A stretch of DNA of 63,739 nucleotides, filler included, from Globobulimina sp. (GCA_003354225.1; 52 parts of 52 records of this genome joined end to end with filler, not necessarily neighbours in it), one strand, 5' to 3'; numbered from the whole stretch's first letter, positions 23,340-35,050 are shown. Notes: generated by a model from the sequence alone, not told the origin. Made by a program: numbers and translations.

Positions 23340-23535
23340 TCAGTCGGTGACTCAGCAGGAAATGTTTGTTAAGCCAAACTTAAATAAATTTGTTGTGATC
23401 AAAGCGAATGAAGACGACAATATTTTGATTGAAAACGGCAAACAACACATTAATTTGCAAAAAGGGAATATATTTGTTGCTAGATATAAAAACTTTAAAC
23501 ATCTCATTGCTCTCGGAACTGTTGATCTTATTTAA
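23340..23535 (+). CDS. SLD5: GINS subunit Sld5 C-terminal domain, 5' partial
   Basis: KPNLNKFVVIKA...LQKGNIFVARYKNFKHLIALGTVDLI* matches the Sld5 C-terminal pattern. Confidence 0.8.
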
Positions 23536-23745
23536 ATTTTAATATATTTATTCTGTGTTTTTTTAATTATAAAATTTTAGAGAATGAAAACGGAGAAACA
23601 AGCATTTAACTTAATGTAGTTACTCCAAATCCATTTAATTTGTAATTTAGTTGGTAATTATAAGTATTTGGCAATAAATGCACGTGCTCTTTTGACTACG
23701 TTGATCTTATAATTATTGGTTTTTGTTTATTTCCAAGTTAGACAG

Positions 23746-24467
23746 ATGGCAAATGTTTTACCACTATGCCTGCTGACCATACCGTTAATTATATTAACGA
23801 CTACTGCAGTAACTGTACAATCAAGCATTCGGTTAGTTGGTGGTCCGAGTGATTTAATTGGTCGATTGGAAATCTTACATGATGGTGAATGGGGTACAGT
23901 TTGTGACGATATGTTTGATGACAAAGATGCAACAGTCGCATGCCGTCAACTGGGCATTGATGAGGAAACATTAAAACATGCGGAATGGATACAGGAATTC
24001 TGTGGGGGAACAGGCAAAATTTGGTTGGATGATCTTGCTTGCAATGGAACTGAAAAAACGTTGAATGAATGCAAACATCCTGAATGGGGCGAACATGATT
24101 GTGATCATAGCGAAGATGTAGGAGTAATTTGTGGTATGTCCCTAAAATATATTTACGCTATATATACATGTATTATTTTTGAATATTGACAGATGGATCA
24201 GCGGTATATAGCTCTTTAGTGGAAATTAACAGAACATATATTTACATATTGAGTTACATGCAACAAATGAAACAAATTAAATTTGAATATATCGAATGGA
24301 ATGATGTATATCAAAACCTTTCAAATGATATTGAAAGTAACATAAATTTAATGAATAATTCTTTGAACGATTGGAATTCTGAATTTGTTGCAAGGATTAA
24401 TAGTATCAAAGCTGTGATTGTTCCAAAAGAATCGGAATACAAAAGTTGGGATTTAAATCAAATATGT
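23746..24467 (+). CDS. Secreted SRCR-domain protein with downstream helical region; intron 24134-24192; 3' partial
   Basis: Signal peptide, then IRLVGG...GRLEILHDGEWGTVCDD...ACRQLG...IWLDDLACNGTE..L.EC.H..WG.HDCDHSEDVGVIC. Confidence 0.93.
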
Positions 24468-24567
24468 NNNNNNNNNNNNNNNNNNNNNNNNNNNNNNNNN
24501 NNNNNNNNNNNTTAATTAATTAANNNNNNNNNNNNNNNNNNNNNNNNNNNNNNNNNNNNNNNNNNNN

Positions 24568-25695
24568 ATCCATCTGAAAAGGAACAACAAGTCCCGAATG
24601 AGACTTAACATATGCAATGTCAGTCAATCTGCAAATGTCCAATATAGCACTTGCTACAGTGCTAAGATCATCTTTTATCACTTGGTCTGGTTTTAAATTC
24701 ATTTGTGGCGCAATTCTAGAACCAAATGACTTGACTGAATCTGAAAGCATTGCATGATATTTTGTATCTAATTTCTGCACTTGTTTCATATAATAATTAT
24801 CCAATGACCATTGTGATATTGTTAATGTTTGATTCAGTTTCGACTGATAAGCTATTTTCTCTCTCATGTACAGATCAACTAAATATTGTAAATATGGCAA
24901 ATTGTTTTTTTGTCCGATTGCAATCACTTTCATTAAAGATGAGTTGACATTAATTCCTTGCTTCCATATCGAATTACATTGCTTTTTATATTTATTTTCT
25001 GTCTCTGCAATGAAAGCAGCAGAAACCTCAAAAAATGAATGTGTGGGAGCCCATCGATCCTTTTCTGATTTTTTTATAAATTTAAGTTGATTATTTTTAC
25101 ATTGAATAATTATATCAAATATAAATTCATTTCTTTCTGCATCTTCCATCGGAAATTCTAAAGGAAAGCCATCGTCCATATCTACCAACATACTCTCTTG
25201 CGCATTAACTAAATCTTCATCAATATTATCATTATCAAAACCATTTTCATCGCAGTAAAATTGAAATTTTCCGATTCCTTTGGCATTAAAATAATTATCA
25301 CGACCCATCACTTTATAATATACACCAAGTCCTTTATCAATTTGTTCAATCACACCTTTTATAGTGTTTTGCTTTGAATTTTCTTTTGTTTCATCGTCAA
25401 TGTTTTTAGTTTTAATTTCATCAAATATCATCTTTAAGGATGGCAATGATATCCATTGATTGCGTTTGTTTTTGAATTGTTTTACATTTGGAAAAAGAGC
25501 AACGATTTGTACCACATTAATTTCACATTCTTTATTTTTAAATAATATTTCAAATAACGATGGATCCATTCGCTTGGATTCGGACATAATACAACTTAAA
25601 TCAATAAATGTTCTGGCTTTGTTATCACAAAAATGCTCAAATAGCTCACAAACATATTTGGGAATATCGACTTGAGTTTGATTATCAAAACAAAT
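24568..25695 (-). CDS. Large hypothetical protein, internal fragment
   Basis: Open frame of at least 340 codons covering nearly the whole contig. Confidence 0.6.
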
Positions 25696-25795
25696 NNNNN
25701 NNNNNNNNNNNNNNNNNNNNNNNNNNNNNNNNNNNNNNNTTAATTAATTAANNNNNNNNNNNNNNNNNNNNNNNNNNNNNNNNNNNNNNNNNNNN

Positions 25796-26911
25796 CATTT
25801 GTTTCTGGACACTCTCACGATACAAATCATGATCTTTCTCCCTTTCCTGTGCATATAATTTCCATTCCAACACATCCACTCCGTCCCTATTCGTCACCTT
25901 ATCCTCCACCACATCCATATCATTGTTGTTATCCACATCATCTTCCGCTTCTTCCTTCAATTTATTCCCTTCCAATGTCTGTATTTTCTGCGCCATTAAA
26001 TCCAACTGTTTCTGCATTTTTTCCTTTTGGTTTTCCGTTTGCTGTCGAGTTTCATTCAAGTTCTTAAACTTCGCCGTGGCTTTTTCAATATGACTTTTGT
26101 ACGACTCCAGCTCCACTGTCTGTTGCCGCAATTGCGAGGTTAATTGTTGCTGTTTGTATACTAACTGCTGGATGTTGCTAAATTGCATATATTTCTTCGA
26201 CAATTGGTCCGATTGCGACGAGCCTGCACCGGCACCACTCACTGCATAATTGCTGACATTCCGATCGTATAAATTCTGCACCAAATTCCTATTCAATTCG
26301 TCCCTTTCATGCAAAGCTTTGGCGTATTTCTTGCGCAAATCCTCATATTGCAACAGTTGTTTATCATACACATCCCGTAAGGCATTCAGCTCATATCTTA
26401 GCTCTTCGCCTTCATTAAAAATAGCGTCATTCTCTCGTTTAATGCGCTCATATTCCAATTTCTGATGTTGTGAGATAGGTTGTTGTCGATCTAATAACTG
26501 CTGTAAGTCTTTGACTTTCTCCCTCAAACTGCCTTCGATGCCGTACAATAACCGTACAGTCTCGCATAATTTCACAAATTTCTGCTGATACTCACAACAG
26601 CAATCACCACCACCAGTGGTCACTGTGTCTGCCATTGAATCGCTGTCAGGTTCACCGCTCCCATCAAACGCATTTGTGTCATGATTGAGATGGACATCGT
26701 TGCTAAAGGCTGAGCTCTCGGTGCCAGTGCCTTCAATCTGTGAGTTATTGGCATTGGAGGAGGCGCACGAAGGAGTTTTATAATTTGTATTTTTTAATTT
26801 GGCATTGTCGACGTCCCATTGCGACGGATCAGTCTTAATTGCATGCAATTGGTATTTCAATTTCTTATTCTGTTGAGTTAAGAGATTGATTTTCTTTTTG
26901 CATTTTTGCAA
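25796..26911 (-). CDS. Long coiled-coil protein, nucleoprotein TPR/Mlp1-like fragment
   Basis: Extended heptads, and YMQFSNIQQLVYKQQQLTSQLR resembles the TPR/Mlp F.NI.EL..QN..L motif. Confidence 0.55.
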
Positions 26912-27223
26912 GTGGTTATTTATNNNNNNNNNNNNNNNNNNNNNNNNNNNNNNNNNNNNNNNNNNNNTTAATTAATTAANNNNNNNNNNNNNNNNNNNNN
27001 NNNNNNNNNNNNNNNNNNNNNNNGTACCCTATGAGTACAGCACCTACCGAGCTCAGGTATTGTTCTTTATGTATATCTATACCTATTACCTAATAGAAGA
27101 ATTAGAAAAAATTAGACGGTGCTGAACTATATAATTTTGCAGGAAATTTCTGGTATAAAGAAACTGTCTGGACAACAAAGGGAAGACCAAAGGTATCATG
27201 ATCAACAAATATTGTTTCAATGG

Positions 27224-27288
27224 CGTCGCTTAGCTCAAGCAGAGCACTGGATGCGTCCAGAGATTCAGGTTCAAATCCTGAGGCAACT
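27224..27288 (+). pseudogene. tRNA-like element (tRNA pseudogene or SINE head)
   Basis: TA-GCTC AAGCA GAGC-A-CTGGA TGCG TCCAG-AGAT-TCAGG TTCAAAT CCTGA-GGCAAC: D, anticodon and T stems are intact, but the anticodon loop is 4 nt, the D loop lacks GG and the acceptor stem has two mismatches. Confidence 0.7.
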
Positions 27289-27590
27289 CTAACTAATGAA
27301 TTAAATAGATATAATGAAAGCAAATTGCAAATGAATTAAATAAATTAAATTATAATGTGAATTATGCAACGGATTGGGAATTAAGAAATGAATTATATAA
27401 ATAAATTAAATGAATTGAGGGATGAATTAAATGAATTAAGATAACCCAGTTTTTCATGAGGTGAGAACCCTGATATTAAGATAATTTAAGATTTTCTTCA
27501 TTTTTCTTGAAGTGAGCTAGTCGTCGCTTTACTATCTTCAAAAACCTCTTACAAACAAAAACATTAATTACAAGTTTTAATTTATTTATT

Positions 27591-28151
27591 TTAAACAATT
27601 CGATCATCATTTTCTATTTTTGATAATTTTGCAAATAAATCATTTTGATCTAAACTGTATTCTTTTTCTTTATAATTATTTGTTTCTTCAATTTGTGAAT
27701 GAGATGGTTTTGCGTGAATTTTAGGAGGATTTTTATATTTTGTTTGTGATTCTGATTCAACACCGTTTTGATTTGCAATTGAATTCTGTGATTTTGATTT
27801 GTTTGTATACGGTGGTTCCGGTGAATGGATACGTTGTAATAAGATGGATGGCGGAGGCAAATGAAAGGGTGATTTTTTTTGCATTGATAGTGGTGTAATA
27901 GGCATAGTATTTGATAATGCTTTCGGTGATAACGGAGCAGAAACTGGTTGCGGAGTATTTGATATTGGACTGAATGGGCCGGTGCCGCCTGAGCCGAGTG
28001 ACCGATCCCTTTTACTTTTACTTTTATCCATTTCTTCAATGTCCTCAATGTGCTCAATCCGAATTTGTATTCGTTTCTTTTCTTCTTTTGTTTCTTCTTT
28101 TTTTTCTGTTTCTTTTTCTTTTTCCTTTGCTCGAAGTGGAAATGGAATTGA
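27591..28151 (-). CDS. Low-complexity Pro/Ser/Lys-rich protein C-terminus
   Basis: 146-aa ORF preceded by a charged Lys/Glu-rich stretch towards the contig edge. Confidence 0.45.
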   Translation of the reverse strand, partial: SIPFPLRAKEKEKETEKKEETKEEKKRIQIRIEHIEDIEEMDKSKSKRDRSLGSGGTGPFSPISNTPQPVSAPLSPKALSNTMPITPLSMQKKSPFHLPPPSILLQRIHSPEPPYTNKSKSQNSIANQNGVESESQTKYKNPPKIHAKPSHSQIEETNNYKEKEYSLDQNDLFAKLSKIENDDRIV

Positions 28152-28251
28152 NNNNNNNNNNNNNNNNNNNNNNNNNNNNNNNNNNNNNNNNNNNNTTAAT
28201 TAATTAANNNNNNNNNNNNNNNNNNNNNNNNNNNNNNNNNNNNNNNNNNNN

Positions 28252-28341
28252 ATATTAGTACTAAAATATATATTTTATCTAATCATATATTTTGTAAATG
28301 GTGGAGCTGTCAAGGGCTAATATATATTTTAGTACTAATAT
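28252..28341. mobile_element. MITE-like foldback
   Basis: 23-bp perfect inverted repeats ATATTAGTACTAAAATATATATT / AATATATATTTTAGTACTAATAT. Confidence 0.6.
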
Positions 28342-28366
28342 GCGTACCTCTTATCCGGAACACTAC

Positions 28367-28425
28367 TGTATTCCATACTGTCGGCCTAGCTCAAGAAGAG
28401 CGCTAGGCCGACAGTATGGAATACA
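28367..28425. repeat. Perfect 24-bp-stem hairpin with 11-nt loop
   Basis: TGTATTCCATACTGTCGGCCTAGC-TCAAGAAGAGC-GCTAGGCCGACAGTATGGAATACA. Confidence 0.92.
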
Positions 28426-28704
28426 TTTTTTGTCTTCATCATAATCGCCTTTATTGTCGATACACAAATGGAAAAGGTAATAAATAATGAAATTTCTTGT
28501 CAAAAACCGCGAAAATATGATTAAAGTGTGTAAATATGATTTTAATTTTTATCGTAAAAAGTACTAAAAACGCATATTGCTAGTATGTTCAAAGTAGATG
28601 GTCAAATTATGCTGTTTTTCACAACCGTATATCCAGACTACTTTAGAACCGTTTTTGAAACATTTTTATTTATTATAAATAAAGTTTTTGTCAGTATAAG
28701 CTAA

Positions 28705-29343
28705 ATGTCAACAACACGCTCAGATTTTGAGTATATTTCGAATTGCTCAATTTCAGACATAACAACATCGATTATATCAATAATTATCAATATTATATTC
28801 CTTGTATTGAGCATACTTCTGATCGACAAATATGTGAAAAACAACGCCAAAATCACTAAAGCGAATAAAGTGGCAATACAAAGACAAGGATCATTGTCTG
28901 GCCGCAGTATGTCTAAAACGGTGGTTCCTAAGCCATTGTATCATATTGGCCTAATATTTATTATTACGACTGCTGTTACATTGATTATGTCCATTCCATT
29001 CCATTTTTACTGTGATGAACATTGGATATTTGATATTTTTACCGAGATATTTTCCGTTTTATATTCATTTCATGGATACCTAATGTGTGTATTGTGGGTC
29101 ATGCGCTTATTTTATGTGTTTGGTGCGGCATTTATTCATCTCCTCTGTGTCGCGTTCGTATTTATTGGTGATGGTCAACAACCTGAAATATTTTGGACAC
29201 GTGATCAGCGTGGCAGATTTGGGTTAGATACTTCAGGATGCTCTAATTCATCTGAACTAAAGGTCAGTCATTTGAGTTTGACACATTGCAAAAAAAACCT
29301 GGGTGGTAGTGGATTACTAGAAAGTCACAGCTTGTGTACGTAA
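28705..29343 (+). CDS. Multi-pass (7TM-like) receptor N-terminal part, probably truncated or interrupted after about 29130
   Basis: Three to four hydrophobic helices ending WVMRLFYVF, followed by non-membrane-like sequence. Confidence 0.5.
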   Translation: MSTTRSDFEYISNCSISDITTSIISIIINIIFLVLSILLIDKYVKNNAKITKANKVAIQRQGSLSGRSMSKTVVPKPLYHIGLIFIITTAVTLIMSIPFHFYCDEHWIFDIFTEIFSVLYSFHGYLMCVLWVMRLFYVFGAAFIHLLCVAFVFIGDGQQPEIFWTRDQRGRFGLDTSGCSNSSELKVSHLSLTHCKKNLGGSGLLESHSLCT

Positions 29344-29684
29344 AGTATTATAGGTATTTAGTAACTCAAAGAAACACTANNNNNNNNNNNNNNNNNNNNN
29401 NNNNNNNNNNNNNNNNNNNNNNNTTAATTAATTAANNNNNNNNNNNNNNNNNNNNNNNNNNNNNNNNNNNNNNNNNNNNTTTTATTTACGAAGATGTTCT
29501 CAATTTTCGCATGATACCATTTGTTATCTGATCGTGAATAAATTAAACAATATGAATTTACTTTCCATGATGCTCGAATATCTTCTTCTTTTGCTTCCTT
29601 ATCAGATGTGTTTATATTTTATTGGTGACATCGAACACAAAATACGCGCGGAGTACCTCTGTCTTCGACTGGACGGTTTGACTC

Positions 29685-30566
29685 ATGTTAAAGAGATGTG
29701 ATATGCAAAAGGGCCAAAACCTAGTAATGGCACATTATTTTTTGCCTTTACTGGCGATAATGTCGCTTGTAATAGGTGTGTCTGATTGCGACAATCAATG
29801 CAGTGTTTCTGAATCGAGCAAAGAATTGTTTGTGACACATATGGAATTAGTGATTTACAACCAATTAAATGAAATGGGAGTGATAAAGAATGATTTGATA
29901 CTATTTTTCAATGAAACTGAATTGGATTATATTTGCGTGGAACTGAATCTTAGTAAGATTGACTCATTTAAATTGAAAGCAATTGTACGAAAATTAAAAT
30001 TTCAACATAAAATTGATGCAAATCATGTCATTGTAATTGATGCAAACAAAGGATCAAAATTGAAAACAAATAAAATAAAGAATGAAGCAAAAATCGAATT
30101 GATAGTTTATTCGCATAGAAAGAATATGCAAGATGGGCAACAAGGACATCCTCAGAATTTATTGTATGACAATGAGAATCGGTATTATTCGGATCGATAT
30201 TTCGGATTTTCGAGCGGTGAAAATGATTGGATAATATTTAAATTTAAGCAAGAAAATAAGTACTATTTACCTACAAAAGTTTTCATTCGAAATTGGTCAT
30301 CGTCATCGGATAACGGTGTGGCAGCACTGAGTTTATTTATTGGTGATGCAATACAAAATGAATGGATTATATTTAATCCGAATCAGATAAGAATACATAA
30401 TTTGAATAAAGAGGCACAAATGGTTGTCATTGATGTGAGTGATATTGAAGATAAACAATATGGATACATTAAACTTGAATTGAAGGAGAATCATGGAGGG
30501 TGGCTATGGCTTTCACCCAAGTTTGTGTTGATTTCAGTCGAGTTATATGGTGAATTGATAGTATAA
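29685..30566 (+). CDS. Putative secreted protein with C-terminal galactose-binding/discoidin-like domain
   Basis: Hydrophobic N-terminal segment, then HPQNLLYD...DWIIFKF...PTKVFIRN...YIKLELKENHG...VELYG. Confidence 0.55.
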   Translation: MLKRCDMQKGQNLVMAHYFLPLLAIMSLVIGVSDCDNQCSVSESSKELFVTHMELVIYNQLNEMGVIKNDLILFFNETELDYICVELNLSKIDSFKLKAIVRKLKFQHKIDANHVIVIDANKGSKLKTNKIKNEAKIELIVYSHRKNMQDGQQGHPQNLLYDNENRYYSDRYFGFSSGENDWIIFKFKQENKYYLPTKVFIRNWSSSSDNGVAALSLFIGDAIQNEWIIFNPNQIRIHNLNKEAQMVVIDVSDIEDKQYGYIKLELKENHGGWLWLSPKFVLISVELYGELIV

Positions 30567-30760
30567 CTGTACTGAAGTAAACTTGCGCACGAGGCATTAT
30601 TTTGACANNNNNNNNNNNNNNNNNNNNNNNNNNNNNNNNNNNNNNNNNNNNTTAATTAATTAANNNNNNNNNNNNNNNNNNNNNNNNNNNNNNNNNNNNN
30701 NNNNNNNAAAAGTATCACTGAGTATGGTAAACTGGGGTATACTTGATCAAAAAATATTGG

Positions 30761-31835
30761 TTACTTTTTCCTCTTCTTTTTCGATTTACAGTTCTTTTTC
30801 TTGTGTTTCTTTTTCATAATAATATCGACCATTTCAAATGTTGCATTAGAGTCCGGAGCAACAGCTAAATCAGACGATCTCAAATCCGGAGCAACTGCTA
30901 ATTGAGGCGATTCATTAATTATGCCATCCACAGGCATTGCCTCGGTCGAAAGTTGATTTTTCTTTTCCAAGTGACGTTTTTCTCCTTGATCCATCAAATT
31001 CCTTGGACCCTGCAATGTAGTACACGAGCTCTTATCAGCTGACGATGAACAATACTCACCCGTATGGGTGCCTGCGACCCACTCCTGGTCAACGGCACTC
31101 TCATAATTAGCATAGGAGTGATTTTCCATGTCATATGAGCTGACTGATGACTGACTGGACTGACTGGACTGAATTGTCTCTATTGAAAGACCGAATGTCT
31201 CTGGGGGAACAATTGACACAGGAACATGATGACCAGACTCATAATAATCAGTAATGACCTTCCACAGCCACGCTGGATCCTCAGTGTCAAAAATACCTGA
31301 GTAGACTGGGCCAAGAGGTTGAGTTTCCCAGGGAATGCGCAAATATATTAACCGCCATGCACATTCTGACCTTTGAATGAATTCTTCTTTAACTGGCATA
31401 TCTGTTCCATTACAATGTTCTTTACCCGTTACAATAGTCCACAGACCTTTGAATTTGAGAGCTAAGACAACTTCTTCACGCCACTGTTTGAAATTACTGT
31501 CAGTCAATATGGGAATAGACCATATTCCACGATAAACATAATTACTGTCATCAACCACCGCTTCGTCAGGATAACTGACTCCATCTGAGCTGGATACTCC
31601 TTCGACTATTGAATTGATGACCTGCTGTGGCACGGAACAACTGGCAATGTCCAGTTTTGGCACAGGACTGACGACGACCGGTTTAGACACGACGACGACC
31701 GGTTTGGGCACAGAAAAATTGACGACCGGTTCACGAACAGATGAAATAACCGGCTCTGGCACGGGGGAAACGGCCTGTCCTTGCACGGACTCCACAACTT
31801 CACTTCCAGTCGAAATTCGCAACACTGACGAATCC
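30761..31835 (-). mobile_element. Ty1/copia-type Gag N-terminal domain-containing ORF, 5' partial
   Basis: IPILTDSNFKQWREEVVLALKFKGLWTIVTG...DPAWLWKVI. No zinc knuckle or pol follows before the stop. Confidence 0.75.
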
Positions 31836-31935
31836 NNNNNNNNNNNNNNNNNNNNNNNNNNNNNNNNNNNNNNNNNNNNTTAATTAATTAANNNNNNNNN
31901 NNNNNNNNNNNNNNNNNNNNNNNNNNNNNNNNNNN

Positions 31936-32192
31936 AGAAGATTTCCCCAATCATCTTCAACAAATTCAATCTGCCAACCCTCTATCTTTGCAACATCTTG
32001 AATGACATCAATTGCCAATCCCGTTGGTTCTGATTTTTCATTTCTAATTGTTAGAGGCGGGTTTTGACCAAGACCTATTTTCACACGTTGATTATTAGCA
32101 AGGGCTGATCCAGTCCACATGATCAACACGAACCAAATCAGGATTGGGATGATCGTCCTCTCGATTTTAAAACGATCCATTAGATACAACAA
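31936..32192 (-). CDS. Bacterial extracellular solute-binding (family 3-type) domain protein, N-terminus
   Basis: Signal/TM segment, then VKIG..QNPPL......PTGLAIDVIQDVAKIEGWQIEFVEDDW. Confidence 0.82.
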
Positions 32193-32780
32193 TTACCAAT
32201 AAGTGATAAAACTCGTAAGAATTGGGCTGCGCGATTCATTGAAATGTTTCCTTCATATCTTTTTTAATTGAGGTAAGCTATCGAAATATTAGATTGATAA
32301 GTCGTTCAAAGTCAAGGGTATTTCTTAAATATGATTTCTTATCATATGTACATTATGGTGAAGTAAGTAATTATGGTATTATCAGTCGTGAGCAAACTTT
32401 TTGTTCAGGCGACAACTTCCAAAAGAAAAGCTCAGGGGTTTGGTATTGACTGGCAGTGATCCCTATAACGTGAATTAAACCGTTTACAATTCCTAACAAA
32501 CTGAATTTTTCTCTGGTGTTCAATACTGGCCATAAACAGGCCCCCAAAACTCTCTCAAAAAAACCAGACGTATAGACAAAGTCCGGTGTTAATTTTTCCT
32601 CAAACTTTTGTTGATAATTAAATTTTTTCTGTTTGAAAATGTTGTAATTCAGCCATTAATTCTGAAAGAAGATTAGTGAAAATTGGATTAATTCACTTGC
32701 AGTAAGCAGGTTGCACTGTATAATTATAGAAAAATTAAATTTTCTTTCCTTTATATTCTTTGAAATAAGATCAGGTCGTT

Positions 32781-33023
32781 ATGCAAAAAGAGGGTTTTCG
32801 TAAAACATTCGTTCCGCTTGTTGCCAATGAAATCAAATCCGTACAATCTCTTGTCTATGGAGTCTGCGGTTTTATTATTTGGTTTTTACTCTATTTTGCC
32901 AGCACGTATATGGACTTTGAACCAAGCAAGTATCTGGTTGCCTGCTCAGCTATTCTCACCGTGTTTCTGACAGCTGTAGTCTATATGAAGTCCAGTTTTT
33001 TTATTGTTAAGGTTTTGAATTAA
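32781..33023 (+). CDS. Small two-TM membrane protein (bacterial contig)
   Basis: 80-aa ORF with two hydrophobic helices. Confidence 0.55.
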   Translation: MQKEGFRKTFVPLVANEIKSVQSLVYGVCGFIIWFLLYFASTYMDFEPSKYLVACSAILTVFLTAVVYMKSSFFIVKVLN

Positions 33024-33220
33024 TATGAAAAACCGTATTATTCAAAACCATTAAAATTATTTTNNNNNNNNNNNNNNNNNNNNNNNNNNNNNNNNNNNNN
33101 NNNNNNNTTAATTAATTAANNNNNNNNNNNNNNNNNNNNNNNNNNNNNNNNNNNNNNNNNNNNGAAAAATACAAAAAAAAGGAAATGTTATGATCTAAAA
33201 TATTACGCTTTTCGAACGCT

Positions 33221-33672
33221 AGGGTTTTTTACCTATTTTGATCCTGAATATGGCAAGAAACCAGAAATACGTACGGCAAACCTTAAAGTAGAGCGTCTGT
33301 CTTTGTACCAATTGTGCTGCAAATACCATTAATTTGCAAACACAATATGACAAATAGAAACAATATACAGTCATATGACAACGCTATACTGTCAGATAGA
33401 AACAATATAGGGTCAAATGGAAACAATATAAAGATAGAAACAATATTTGTAGACTTGTACTGTACATACAACACTTAACCACAGTATATTGTTTCAGTTG
33501 TACATACATATTTTCTTGCCATATTTTCTAAAAGTAAAAAGTAATGATATTGCAAAAAAGATGAAATTCCTAAATTTGTGGAATCTGGATTATCTTTTCC
33601 ACCTTTTTTGACAAAAAATACAAATACAAATACTTTTTCTGCAATTATTCAGGATCAAAATAGGTAAACCCT
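33221..33672. mobile_element. Non-autonomous TIR element (MITE), about 450 bp
   Basis: 23-bp inverted repeat TTTACCTATTTTGATCCTGAATA (33228-33250) / TATTCAGGATCAAAATAGGTAAA (33646-33668), extended by AGGG/CCCT, with internal AAACAATATA repeats and no ORF of note. Confidence 0.75.
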
Positions 33673-33690
33673 TTCGAAATAGGTAATATA

Positions 33691-34291
33691 TCATTGTTGG
33701 TTTAATGCTTGCATAACATATTTAAAATCACTTTTATGCTTAAATCTTGCAAATGAATTATCCATTAATCTAAACATAGACGTTGCCACAGCATCATATA
33801 AACAAAATAATTCGCTTGGACTGATATTAGAAGTCATCCAAAAAACGTGATCCGATAATAAAATTGTTAAATTTTCTCTGACCGCATATGATACATTTAC
33901 TTCTAATTCGGAGCCACTTTTAATATATTTTACATACAACATTAAACATATTTTTTTAGCCTCACTCATAAGACGCCCATTATCATCATTTAATTTATAT
34001 TTTGCTAAATCTGCCTCAAACTGTTGAGTAATAAACGATAACGGCGCACTATCCCGAAATGAAAGTGCGTAATTCATATTTGTTGGTTTCAGTGTTTCTG
34101 GATTAATAATTTGAAATCTTTCAAACATTAAGAAATTAAATTGAACAATTTCTGTAAAACAAAGCAAGCATTCCATCGAAAATTCTTTCGCCAAATGTTG
34201 CATAAATAATTTATATGTCTTTGGGTTTGCTAATATTGTACCTCCTTTATATGAAATTGACTGAGAATCAACAATCCGAACAGCCGCGAAT
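33691..34291 (-). CDS. RGS domain C-terminus (7TM-RGS-type), 5' partial
   Basis: FMQHLAKEFSMECLL.FTE..QF...KYIKSGSELEVNVS...LMDNSFARF. Confidence 0.88.
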
Positions 34292-34391
34292 NNNNNNNNN
34301 NNNNNNNNNNNNNNNNNNNNNNNNNNNNNNNNNNNTTAATTAATTAANNNNNNNNNNNNNNNNNNNNNNNNNNNNNNNNNNNNNNNNNNNN

Positions 34392-34677
34392 CAATGAATG
34401 TATGGCTCATCATTGTTTCTTTACAAAATTGTGATACACATAATACAATTGATTCTGTTCCAGATGGCCATGGTTCCAATGTTACAAAGAATATGAATGC
34501 GTTCTTTGCCCCATCATCATTATAATTTGCAATTGGATGCACACCCAGTATAAATTGTAAATTCGATAAGTAATGCGTTCTTTCCCATACATCATCATTT
34601 TTAGCATTTAACATTTTGGTTAATGCTTTGGACTTGATTTTCCATTGAAATGTACCAGTTGAGCCTGACATGCTCAC
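34392..34677 (-). CDS. MATH/TRAF-like beta-domain fragment
   Basis: GTFQWKI...LQFILGVHP...AFIFFVTL pattern. Confidence 0.4.
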
Positions 34678-34694
34678 TCGATCACAAAAACGAG

Positions 34695-34833
34695 GAGTTT
34701 TAATAGATAACCCCCCCTCTGGTCGATATTTTGTATATCTTCAAAACTTTAAGAATCAACTGTACATTTATATTGATCGATGTGCACACAAAGGGGGCTG
34801 GTTATCTAACCACGGGGGTTATGTATAAAACTC
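34695..34833. mobile_element. Small MITE-like element with imperfect TIRs
   Basis: GAGTTTTAATAGATAACCCCC ... GGGGGTTATGTATAAAACTC. Confidence 0.5.
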
Positions 34834-35050
34834 ATTGTTAAACAAAATCTTCAAAACTTTAAGAAATCAACTTAATTCTAAACAAACGTGATATTTTATT
34901 AAGCAAATGAAGCATAAAATGGATGTTGCTGGCAATTTCTGAACCGCTGGATGTATTAAACATGTTAGGATTCATGCAAACAAATTCTGATAAAACTATA
35001 AAATAATACTTAGTAATTTATAATATCTTATTAATTATACAGTTATAAAG

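Noticed and set aside
27224-27288. Functional tRNA gene
   Set aside because: The anticodon loop is 4 nt, the D loop lacks GG and the acceptor stem is mismatched, so no anticodon can be assigned.
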